64,000 nt of DNA from NCBI GenBank assembly GCA_046483795.1, contig JAWOCM010000091.1, forward strand, positions 1-64,000, written 5' to 3'. Of the stretch, positions 36,839-45,115 are shown piece by piece; within the stretch, counting starts at the first letter, position 1; the number at the start of each line of letters is the position of its first letter. A model generated the notes under the pieces. That model had not been told where the DNA came from and made no database searches. It saw only the letters and a list, made by a program, of their open reading frames with translations. Source of the stretch: Desulfuromonadales bacterium (GTDB lineage: Bacteria; Desulfobacterota; Desulfuromonadia; Desulfuromonadales; JAWOCM01). The translations under genes and the position numbers were made by a program.

Positions 36839-37789
36839 ATGATCCCTGGAATTCCGGCCATCAAAACTTTGGGCCATTACGCCGGTACAATTTTCTCGGT
36901 GCTGCTCTTGACGCTCGGAACCTCCCAAGCCGAACCGCAGCAGGAGACAACGGCAGGTCCGGGAGATACCCTGGGCACAAAGCTCGCCCTTTCATCAACA
37001 TTTCAGGGGAATTCCGGCCTGGACCGCGGCGGCGAAGTCAGCATCCTTCGAAACCTTGTGACGTTCGGCCTTGAAAAACGTCTGGGCCCTTCCTTGAAAA
37101 GCGACTTCTCTTTCACATACCGCCACAGCCGCTTTCATTTCGATCAGCCGGCCGCCTTTGACGGGAATGCACCGTGGGAGACAATCCATGAAGCAGGGTT
37201 CGGCGCGCTATTCGACTGGCAAATTGAAAAAACATGGTCGCTGATGACCCTGACGTCTGTCGAATTCTCCGGCGAAGAGGGCGCCGTTTTAAAAGATACC
37301 GCTTCGGTCAGTCTCGGGGTCGCTCTTTCAAAGCAGTTCAACCGCACGCTCTCCATTGGAGTCGGATTTGCTGCGTCCAGCGGACTGGAGGAAGAGAAAG
37401 TGATCCCGATGCTGGTCCTTTTCTGGCAGGTTTCGGAGAACTGGCGCCTCTCGAACCCGTTCCGTCCCGGTCCCACAAGCCCGGCGGGTCTGGAACTGTC
37501 GCGTAATTTCGACAAAAGGATCGAGTTGGCCCTCGGTACGAGCTACCGATCGCAACGTTTCCGTCTCGGTGAAAGAGGAGCAGCGGCTAACGGCATCGGC
37601 GAGTCGAGCGATTTTTTATCCTACTTGAGATTCTCTGGAAACATTTCTGGGGTGACCTCTATCGACCTCTATACAGGCCTTCTCTGGGACGGAGAATTGA
37701 CACTTGAGAATGAGGACGGACAGGAATTATACGAAGTCGGCTACGACCCGGCTCCTATGCTCGCCTTGACGCTGAAACACCGCTTTTGA
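36839..37789 (+). CDS. Outer-membrane beta-barrel protein, function unknown
   Basis: 316 aa with a signal peptide ending in SQA-EP, alternating strand pattern and a C-terminal Phe (LKHRF). Confidence 0.6.
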   Translation: MIPGIPAIKTLGHYAGTIFSVLLLTLGTSQAEPQQETTAGPGDTLGTKLALSSTFQGNSGLDRGGEVSILRNLVTFGLEKRLGPSLKSDFSFTYRHSRFHFDQPAAFDGNAPWETIHEAGFGALFDWQIEKTWSLMTLTSVEFSGEEGAVLKDTASVSLGVALSKQFNRTLSIGVGFAASSGLEEEKVIPMLVLFWQVSENWRLSNPFRPGPTSPAGLELSRNFDKRIELALGTSYRSQRFRLGERGAAANGIGESSDFLSYLRFSGNISGVTSIDLYTGLLWDGELTLENEDGQELYEVGYDPAPMLALTLKHRF

Positions 37790-37831
37790 CTGCCCTTTGA
37801 TTTTCTCTGTATGTGAAGGGAACACTGTCAT

Positions 37832-38653
37832 ATGAGCTATGCAGGTCTGCTTGAACCGGTCATCGCCCTGACCCGACGTGTGGGTGAATTTCAGATGTCG
37901 CACTTCCGCAGCCTGCCGCCGGGCGGTGGCGAGGAAAAGCAGAAACGGGACCTGGTGTCAGAGGTCGATTTTACCTCTGAACAGATGCTTCACGATTCCC
38001 TGGAGAGTCTACTTCCCGAGGCCGGTTTTTTCGGGGAAGAAACCGGCCGCAGCGGCCCCCAGGACATGGTATGGATCGTCGACCCTCTCGACGGCACAAC
38101 CAACTACCTGTCCGGCCTCGATCAGTTCTGCATCTCCGTTGCGCTGGCGGAAAAAGACGGGACCGAACTCGGCGTCGTTTATCGGCCGGCATCGAATGAA
38201 GTTTTCAGCGCCCTTCGCGGCGAAGGATTGCGGCACAACGGCGCAAAAGCCCAACCCCTTCCGAAAAACATGTCTTTGGCCGAATCGGTGATCGGAACCG
38301 GTTTTCCCTATCGCAGCCAGGATCTGGTCAAGCCTTTTTTCGCCTGTGCCGAGGAGGTTCTCGGCGAAAGCCGGGCGCTGCGTCGTTTCGGATCCGCCGC
38401 TCTGGATCTGAGCTACGTTGCGTGCGGGTTCCTCCAGGCCTTCTGGGAAAGCGACCTGCAGCCCTACGATGTGGCGGCCGCCCTCCTTTTTCTCGAAGAA
38501 CAGGGCTGCACGATTACCAATTCCAAAGGCAAACCCTACGACATGTTCAGCGACCGGCTGATCATCTGCGGCCTTCCGTCCGTTCATGAGGAACTATTCG
38601 CTCTTGTCAGTCGTCTCTATGCAGGCCTTGGCCCGTGCCGAAAGAAGAGCTGA
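37832..38653 (+). CDS. suhB: Inositol monophosphatase family protein (SuhB-like)
   Basis: 273 aa with motifs FFGEETG, WIVDPLDGTTNY and RRFGSAALDL. Confidence 0.85.
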   Translation: MSYAGLLEPVIALTRRVGEFQMSHFRSLPPGGGEEKQKRDLVSEVDFTSEQMLHDSLESLLPEAGFFGEETGRSGPQDMVWIVDPLDGTTNYLSGLDQFCISVALAEKDGTELGVVYRPASNEVFSALRGEGLRHNGAKAQPLPKNMSLAESVIGTGFPYRSQDLVKPFFACAEEVLGESRALRRFGSAALDLSYVACGFLQAFWESDLQPYDVAAALLFLEEQGCTITNSKGKPYDMFSDRLIICGLPSVHEELFALVSRLYAGLGPCRKKS

Positions 38654-38690
38654 AACAATTCACGCGCCGACAGCATAGAAATAAAAGGTT

Positions 38691-39056
38691 TTACCCGCCG
38701 GCCTTTTTTGCATCCCAGCCCTCTTTTTTCAACTCCGCCATCAGTGTATCCCGGTGGTCACCCTGGATCTCGATCACACCATCTTTCACCGTTCCGCCGC
38801 TACCGCACTTCTGCTTGAGTTTTTTTGCAAGATCCTTGAGTTGTTCTCCGGCCAGAGGTACACCTGTGATCAGCGTCACCCCCTTGCCCTTGCGCCCCTT
38901 GGTCTGCCGGCTGAGGCGTATCACTCCGTCACCGGCCGGCACAGCAGCCTGTTCTCGACATGTGCATCGGCTGAGCGGTTTGCTGCACTCAGGGCACATG
39001 CGCCCCTGGTCACTGGAGTAGACCAGCCCGGTATTCTCATCCTTGCGTTTGGCCAT
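38691..39056 (-). CDS. yciH: Translation initiation factor SUI1/YciH
   Basis: 121 aa with an N-terminal Cys motif (CPECSKPLSRCTC) and the SUI1 core RKGKGVTLITG...LKQKCGSGGTVKDGVIEIQGDHRD. Confidence 0.85.
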   Translation of the reverse strand: MAKRKDENTGLVYSSDQGRMCPECSKPLSRCTCREQAAVPAGDGVIRLSRQTKGRKGKGVTLITGVPLAGEQLKDLAKKLKQKCGSGGTVKDGVIEIQGDHRDTLMAELKKEGWDAKKAGG

Positions 39057-39175
39057 TTGATTTCTCCCATCAGGTCGGAAGCGTCACACAAAAGAGATCT
39101 TTTGTGGTAACCTTAATGAAGTATCTGGAAAAAACACGATTTGCTCTGCAATTTCTGACAATACAGGAGGATCGC

Positions 39176-39673
39176 ATGCAAGACAACAACGACAATCAGG
39201 AAGAACACGAGGTCGGATTGTACGAACGGCTTGCCTCGAGAACAGCCGAACTCGTCGAGAACGGCAAGCAGACCATGGATGAAGCCTTGAAAAAATCCCG
39301 GGACGAATTAACCGCGGCAGGGGACTATTCAAGGGAGAAGATCGAAAAGATCGGTGGATTCGTGCGTCGAGATATCGCTTCGATGGGTCAAAATGCCGGG
39401 AAAACAACGGATTCGTTCCGAAAAGCCGTTGATCCGAAACGAGTCGCCTACGGCGCGCAAAGCGCCTTTTCCCGCATCCTGGGCAGCGCCTCGGGTTTCC
39501 TTGGCGAGTGGGCGGAAAAAACCGAAAAGAACCTGGAACTCAAGACCGGGGAAGTCACAAGTTTTGGTACGCTGACATGCAAATCCTGCAGTGCTGAAAT
39601 CCGAATCAAGACAACAGGCCGCATACCGCCCTGCCCGAAATGCCATAAAACGGTCTTTCGCAGATCCTACTGA
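39176..39673 (+). CDS. Zinc-ribbon-containing protein (DUF1451-like)
   Basis: Track ORF 39104..39673. ATG 39176 follows CAGGAGG. The N-terminus is helical and the C-terminus carries a CxxC...CPKC ribbon (LTCKSCSAEIRIKTTGRIPPCPKCHKTVF). Confidence 0.65.
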   Translation: MQDNNDNQEEHEVGLYERLASRTAELVENGKQTMDEALKKSRDELTAAGDYSREKIEKIGGFVRRDIASMGQNAGKTTDSFRKAVDPKRVAYGAQSAFSRILGSASGFLGEWAEKTEKNLELKTGEVTSFGTLTCKSCSAEIRIKTTGRIPPCPKCHKTVFRRSY

Positions 39674-39742
39674 ACGAGCCGGGCCTGGCGGAGATAATTT
39701 CTTGACTGTTAGTCACATTTGTCGGACGAATAGGCCACTGTT

Positions 39743-39772
39743 AAAAAGGCCAGCTAAAACGCTGGCCTTTTT
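39743..39772. terminator. Bidirectional rho-independent terminator (convergent DUF1451-like and glcF-like genes)
   Basis: AAAAA-GGCCAGC-TAAAAC-GCTGGCC-TTTTT. Confidence 0.7.
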
Positions 39773-39799
39773 AATGTCTGCTCATCCTGAAGAGGTCCC

Positions 39800-41110
39800 T
39801 CAATCCGGGGTGGCCCGTCCCAACAGCTCCATGATATGCAGCACCTGCTGATTCATGTCATCTTCCCGCACCCCCCAGTCGAGCTGCAGGTGGCAGCCGG
39901 GGTTGCCGGTGACCAGGAAATCAGCGCCAGTCCGCCTGACATTTCCCAACTTGCGATCGAGAACCTTCTGGCTATCCTCGGAGAACTTCAGGCCCCACAG
40001 GGCCGCTGAGCCGCAACACCAGCTCGACTCCTCCATCTCCCTCAATTCGATCCCGGGTATTTTCCGGATCAGCTCCCGGGGCTGCTTCGAAATGCCCTGG
40101 GCGTGGCAGAGGTGGCAGGGCTCATGATAGGTGACCGACGCCTCCACCGGTTTAAGTCCTTCGGTGCGAAACCCGACCTCGCTCAGGAATTCAGAGACGT
40201 CCCGAATTTTGCTTCGAAAACGGGCCAGTTTTTCGTGCTCGGCCCGACCATCCAGCAGTTCCTCATATTCCTTGAGGGCGGCGCCGCATCCGGCGCAATC
40301 GGTCACGATGAAATCGACATCCTGATCCAGGAAAAGATCAAGATTGAACAGGGCGAGCTGCCGTGCAGTCTCCCGGTCCCCTTCGGAGAGATGCGGGGCC
40401 CCACAGCACTTTGTCTGTTTGGGGGTCACGACCTCGAATCCCTGGTGAGAGAGCACCTTGACCGTCTGACGGGAGACCCCGGGATACATGAGGGTCATGA
40501 CGCAGCCCAGAAAAAATCCGACCCGTCCGCGCTGCTCCCCCCTCGCCGGAATCGTTTCCGGCAATTGCATCCTCAGTGGACTCTCCAGCCGGGGCAGCAT
40601 TCCCTCGGCCTTTTCCATCCACTCGGGGCCGATCTTCAATATTTTCAGATGGCGCACCAGCCATTGAATTCCCAATCGCTGATAAAGCCGGGTCGGGAGC
40701 ATGGATGTCTCCATAAGTTCTGGAGAAGGCAGCATCTTTTCGAGAATAAAAGAGCGGAACGCTTTCCCCGCTTTTCCCAGAGGATAGAAGGCATGGCCCT
40801 GGCTGCGGCAGATCTCCATCACCTCGCCGGCACGCACGCCTGAGGGACAAGCCGTGGTGCAGGCACGACAGTCAAGGCAGAAGTTGGCCTCCTCCCGGAC
40901 GGCAGGGGTGAACTCCAGCTGTTCCTCGGACACCGCCCGCGCCAGAGCGACACGACCGCGAGGGCTCGAGCGTTCGCGGCCGGTCAGAGCGTAAGTCGGG
41001 CAGGTCGGCAGGCAGAAGCCGCACCGCATACACTGCAGCACATCGGCATAGGGTGGCGCGTCCTGCTGCTTGAAATTTCCTGTCGGTGCTTTTTTCTCAA
41101 TGGGAGACAC
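39800..41110 (-). CDS. (Fe-S)-binding oxidoreductase subunit, GlcF-like (probable D-lactate/glycolate dehydrogenase Fe-S subunit)
   Basis: 436 aa with two ferredoxin-type motifs (CMRCGFCLPTCP, CLDCRACTTACP) and C-terminal CCG domains. It overlaps the upstream glcD-like gene by 14 nt. Confidence 0.85.
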   Translation of the reverse strand: MSPIEKKAPTGNFKQQDAPPYADVLQCMRCGFCLPTCPTYALTGRERSSPRGRVALARAVSEEQLEFTPAVREEANFCLDCRACTTACPSGVRAGEVMEICRSQGHAFYPLGKAGKAFRSFILEKMLPSPELMETSMLPTRLYQRLGIQWLVRHLKILKIGPEWMEKAEGMLPRLESPLRMQLPETIPARGEQRGRVGFFLGCVMTLMYPGVSRQTVKVLSHQGFEVVTPKQTKCCGAPHLSEGDRETARQLALFNLDLFLDQDVDFIVTDCAGCGAALKEYEELLDGRAEHEKLARFRSKIRDVSEFLSEVGFRTEGLKPVEASVTYHEPCHLCHAQGISKQPRELIRKIPGIELREMEESSWCCGSAALWGLKFSEDSQKVLDRKLGNVRRTGADFLVTGNPGCHLQLDWGVREDDMNQQVLHIMELLGRATPD

Positions 41111-42530
41111 GGAAACCCTCCTCGACCGAAGGTTTGGTGCATGGATCTCCGTCGTCGAATATCTTCCCCGGATTGAGGATTCCCTCCGGATCGAACGCCT
41201 GCTTGATACGTTTCATCACCGCCACTCCACCGGGCCCGATCTGGCGGACAAGATATTCTTTCTTGGCAAGGCCGATACCGTGTTCGCCCGAAACAGTGCC
41301 GCCGCGCGCCAGGACGAATTCGTAAAGTTCGTCGAAAAAGGCATGGACCCGCCCCATCTCCTCTTCGTCACGTTCGTCTGCCAATGCGGTCGGGTGCAGG
41401 TTCCCGTCGCCGGCGTGGCCGAAGGTTCCGACCTTCAGCTGATACTTTTCGGTCAGCCTTTCGATCTCGGCGAAGGTCTCGGCCAGGTCGGAACGGGCGA
41501 CAGTAGCATCTTCTAGAATGGTGGTCGGCGACACCCGGGCCAGGGCCGACAAAGCGGTACGACGCGCCGCGGCCAATTCCGCTGCCTCGGCCTCGTTGCG
41601 GGCCACATGCACTTCGGCAGCCTTTACCTCCCTTAAAACCTGCTCCACCGCTTCAGCCTCTTCGGAAACGACCGTCGGATGACCGTCCACCTCGATCAGG
41701 AGCAGCGCTGCCATCTCGCGCGGCAGACCGATGCCGGCATAGTCCTCCACACAGTTGATGGTCATACGATCCATGATCTCCAGAGTGGCCGGGATGATTT
41801 TAGCGGCTATGATCCTGGAAACAGCTTCACCCGCGGTACGGATGTCCTCGAAATAGGCCAGGAATGTGCGCTTCGCCTGTGGCGGCGGGATCAGCTTGAC
41901 CGTCACCTCGGTCATCAGACCGAGCGTGCCTTCGCTGCCCACCATCAATTCGCGAAAAGAATAACCGGCAACGTCCTTGACCGCCTTTCCACCGGTGGAA
42001 ATCAGGCTTCCATCGGCCAGCACTCCCTTGAGAGCCATGACGTAATCCCGCGTCACGCCGTACTTGAGGCCCCGCAGGCCGCCGGCATTCTCGGCGATGT
42101 TCCCACCGAGGGTCGATATCTTCTGGGAGCCGGGATCCGGTGGATAAAACAGTCCCTTTTCGGCCGCTGCATTGAACAGATCGAGGGTGATGACGCCTGC
42201 TTCGCACGTGGCGGTGAGGTTCTCTTCATCGATTTCCAGAATGCGGTTCATCCGCGTCAGGCAGACGACCATCCCCCCTTCAACCGGCACACTGCCTCCG
42301 GAGAGGCCGGTCCCGGAACCACGGGGAACGATCGGCAGCCCTTCGCGGCGAGCGATCTCCAAAGCGGCTCGCACCTGTTCCGTGTCGCCAGGGTAGACCA
42401 CAACCTCAGGCAGATGGTGCACGCCGGGAGTGGAATCGTAGCCGAGAACGAGAAGATCCTCCTTTTCGTGGAGAACGTTCTTTTCCCCCAACTGCTCCTT
42501 GAGATGCTTAATTGCTGTTTGCGATATCAT
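41097..42530 (-). CDS. FAD-linked oxidase, GlcD family (probable D-lactate dehydrogenase)
   Basis: 477 aa with an FAD_binding_4 pattern (PRGSGTGLSGGSVP) and a C-terminal FAD-oxidase domain (GEHGIGLAKKEYL). It lies adjacent to a lactate permease gene. Confidence 0.85.
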   Translation of the reverse strand: MISQTAIKHLKEQLGEKNVLHEKEDLLVLGYDSTPGVHHLPEVVVYPGDTEQVRAALEIARREGLPIVPRGSGTGLSGGSVPVEGGMVVCLTRMNRILEIDEENLTATCEAGVITLDLFNAAAEKGLFYPPDPGSQKISTLGGNIAENAGGLRGLKYGVTRDYVMALKGVLADGSLISTGGKAVKDVAGYSFRELMVGSEGTLGLMTEVTVKLIPPPQAKRTFLAYFEDIRTAGEAVSRIIAAKIIPATLEIMDRMTINCVEDYAGIGLPREMAALLLIEVDGHPTVVSEEAEAVEQVLREVKAAEVHVARNEAEAAELAAARRTALSALARVSPTTILEDATVARSDLAETFAEIERLTEKYQLKVGTFGHAGDGNLHPTALADERDEEEMGRVHAFFDELYEFVLARGGTVSGEHGIGLAKKEYLVRQIGPGGVAVMKRIKQAFDPEGILNPGKIFDDGDPCTKPSVEEGFRVSH

Positions 42531-42618
42531 GGCAACCCCTTTTCATTTGTGAGAAGACAGGCTAGTTTTCGGCTGACGCATTCTCGCCTGTGATCAGCAT
42601 CCCCCTGCCGATCTGTTG

Positions 42619-44217
42619 TTACAGAAAAGCTATCAAGACGTAGCCGGTGATGCCCACGATAACCCCGTAGATGAGCATCGGAACAACGGTGCGCTTGAGG
42701 ATAAACCCTTCCTCGGCGGTGATCCCCAGGACCGAGCAGACAGCCACGATGTTGTGGATGCACACCATGTTGCCCATGCCCCCCCCGACCGACTGCATGC
42801 TGAGGATGGTTAGGGGATCCAATCCCAACTCCTTGGCGATGGAGAGCTGGATTCCGCCGAAGGTGAGATTGGAGACGGTGTTGGAACCTGAAAAGAAGGA
42901 GCCCAGAGCCCCCAGGTAGGAGGCGAAGAACTGCCACTGGGTGCCGATAGTGTCGGCCAGAGCCTTGCCGATAATGATGGTGTTGGCCGGTACCTCCGGT
43001 GTTCCGAGCATCAGCAGCTTCACAAAGACCAGCGCCCCGAGCAGGGCCAGTACTGGTTTCTGCATCTGGGCCAGAGACTCACCGAATGTTCGCTCCACTA
43101 CGGCCTTTCCGGGCTTAAAGATCAGGAAGGTCAAGCTGGAGATGAGCACGAAGGGGATCAGGCTGGGGATGTAAAGAAGGGCATACTTCCACGCGATATC
43201 CGTGCCGAAGATGTTGCTGAAGGAAACGACGAGGGATTTGCTGATCGCGACATCCCCCAGCGTCCCCAGGGAAGACTGGACAAGGGTTTCCATGCCTGTG
43301 AGCAGCGGCTTGATCCCCAACTGCTTGATGCGAGTGACCAGGAGGACCACCACGGTTCCCCACAGGGGGAAGGAGGCTTTGACCAGCGCCGGAAGGCCGA
43401 TATTTCCGGCGATACCGTTCCGCTTTCCGTCGCTGGCCAGCCCGATCCCCTTCTTGGCGAAGAAGACCGACAGGATTAATCCGACGGCCCCGGCAAGAAC
43501 CGAGGGGAACTCGTAGTCGAAGCGGGCGGCGAGCAAATAGGGGAGGATGGTGGAGAAAATGCTCAGGTAGACGAAGACGATGTTCCTCTTCACCTCCTTG
43601 AAGGGCAGGGCGAAAGTCAGAGCGATCACCGGGATCACCAGGGCGGCAACGCTGTGCATGATGGCGGCCTGGAAGCCGATGGTCAGCAGCTGCTCGTGAC
43701 CGATGCCCGGCAGCTGGCCAAGGCCGAACCATCCGGGGGTGCCGACGGCGCCGAAATGCACCGGGACGCTGTTCATGATCAGGCACAGGATCGCGACACG
43801 CACCGGCTTGAAACCCAGGCCGACCAGAATGGGGGCTGCGATCGCCGCCGGAGTGCCGAAACCGCTGGCCCCCTCGATGAGAAAGGCGAAGGCCCAACCG
43901 ACAATCATCGCTTCGGCGACCTTGTTGGTGGTCACCCCATTGAGCCAGGTGCGGATGGTATCCATCGCTCCGGTATATTCCATGGTCTTGAAAAGCAGAA
44001 TCGCGCCCCAGACGATGGAGATGGGGACGAGGGCAGTGAGCAGACCGTTGACCACGCTGGCGTTGACCATGTTGGCCTCCGCCCCGAAATACCCCAACTT
44101 GAGCAAGTAGAGGATGAGGGCCACCAGCGGCAGAGCCTTGTAGGAGGGCATGCTTTCCTTCCTGGTCATCAGGAAGATGAGCAGGACGATGGGGAACAAA
44201 GACAGCAGCGTCGACAT
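42619..44217 (-). CDS. lctP: L-lactate permease (LctP family)
   Basis: Track ORF 42619..44259. ATG 44217 follows AAAGGA. About 532 aa, polytopic, with the LctP-type motif EGASGFGTPAAIAAPILVGLGF. Confidence 0.88.
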   Translation of the reverse strand: MSTLLSLFPIVLLIFLMTRKESMPSYKALPLVALILYLLKLGYFGAEANMVNASVVNGLLTALVPISIVWGAILLFKTMEYTGAMDTIRTWLNGVTTNKVAEAMIVGWAFAFLIEGASGFGTPAAIAAPILVGLGFKPVRVAILCLIMNSVPVHFGAVGTPGWFGLGQLPGIGHEQLLTIGFQAAIMHSVAALVIPVIALTFALPFKEVKRNIVFVYLSIFSTILPYLLAARFDYEFPSVLAGAVGLILSVFFAKKGIGLASDGKRNGIAGNIGLPALVKASFPLWGTVVVLLVTRIKQLGIKPLLTGMETLVQSSLGTLGDVAISKSLVVSFSNIFGTDIAWKYALLYIPSLIPFVLISSLTFLIFKPGKAVVERTFGESLAQMQKPVLALLGALVFVKLLMLGTPEVPANTIIIGKALADTIGTQWQFFASYLGALGSFFSGSNTVSNLTFGGIQLSIAKELGLDPLTILSMQSVGGGMGNMVCIHNIVAVCSVLGITAEEGFILKRTVVPMLIYGVIVGITGYVLIAFL

Positions 44218-44267
44218 GATCTCGATCCTTTCATGCACTGAATTGAATACAGCCCTCATCGGAACTA

Positions 44268-44278
44268 TGGTCAGACCA
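44268..44278. promoter_or_regulatory. TGGT-N3-ACCA palindrome (GntR/FadR-LldR type operator candidate), site 1
   Basis: TGGTCAGACCA is a perfect 11-bp palindrome in the lctP / lutC divergent promoter region, about 50 nt upstream of the lctP ATG. Confidence 0.45.
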
Positions 44279-44290
44279 ATTTCCGGGTTT

Positions 44291-44301
44291 TGGTATGACC
44301 T
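44291..44301. promoter_or_regulatory. Degenerate TGGT-N3-ACC operator-like site 2
   Basis: TGGTATGACCT lies 12 nt from site 1. Confidence 0.3.
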
Positions 44302-44472
44302 TTTTGCAACCCTAAAAGAAGCCGAAAGACCATGTCAAGAAAAAATCAAAAAAGCGTTTTAGGAAAATTCGCCCCCTTGACACCCACGGAAGTTTTTAAA
44401 TTTCATCCATCAAGGATTCCGAGAGGTTAGACACAAGATTCCGTATATACCCAAAACGATGTTTTTCCCTTG

Positions 44473-44501
44473 TTGACAATTACACCCCCCCCTCTTAAAA
44501 T
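44473..44501 (+). promoter_or_regulatory. Sigma70-type promoter candidate for lutC-lutBA
   Basis: TTGACA (44473..44478), a 17-nt spacer, then TAAAAT (44496..44501). It lies about 40 nt upstream of the lutC ATG. Confidence 0.55.
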
Positions 44502-44510
44502 AATATAAAC

Positions 44511-44521
44511 TGGTAAGACCA
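44511..44521. promoter_or_regulatory. TGGT-N3-ACCA operator candidate, site 3, overlapping the predicted lutC transcription start
   Basis: TGGTAAGACCA starts 10 nt after the -10 box, a position typical of a repressor roadblock. Confidence 0.45.
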
Positions 44522-44540
44522 CCATACGAGGAGTCTAAAG

Positions 44541-45104
44541 ATGGCTGACCCGAACCTGTTGGATGCTTTCAGCGTCGCTGCCCAAACGGCCGGAGCAGAG
44601 GTAATCCCCTGTTCCGGAACCGACGAGGCGATCAACCACATCGTCGCGACCGCAAGCGGCCCGCTTCTGCTTCCTCCGACGGCCAGTCTTAATCGACTCG
44701 GCCTGCCCGCGGCCTTGAGCAAGGCCGGCTGCGAGGTCCTACAAAAGGAGCTGCGAGACTCTGCCCCCCTGGCGGCGGCCGGGCTGACGGGTGTTAACTT
44801 CGCAATTGCCGAAACGGGGACCGTAGTCCTGGAGAGCACCGCCGAGGATGTTCGCCTGGCGAGCACCCTGCCGCAAGTCCACATTGTCCTGCTTGACCCG
44901 CGCAAAGTCATATCTGACAGCCTGGCATCGACGCCCATCCTGCGCCGATTCCACCAGGGACAAACCCCGAACTACCTGGCCTACATCACCGGACCCAGTC
45001 GCACGGCGGATATCGAGCGGGTGCTGACCATCGGGGCTCACGGCCCGAAAGAGCTTCACATCCTTCTGCTTGAGGGTCTGTCCGAAGATCCGATGGAACA
45101 GTAA
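44541..45104 (+). CDS. lutC: Lactate utilization protein C (LutC/YkgG, LUD domain)
   Basis: 187 aa. The LUD domain pattern is GVNFAIAETGTVVLESTAEDVRLASTLPQVHIVLL. Confidence 0.8.
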   Translation: MADPNLLDAFSVAAQTAGAEVIPCSGTDEAINHIVATASGPLLLPPTASLNRLGLPAALSKAGCEVLQKELRDSAPLAAAGLTGVNFAIAETGTVVLESTAEDVRLASTLPQVHIVLLDPRKVISDSLASTPILRRFHQGQTPNYLAYITGPSRTADIERVLTIGAHGPKELHILLLEGLSEDPMEQ

Positions 45105-45115
45105 GAGGAGACCTT

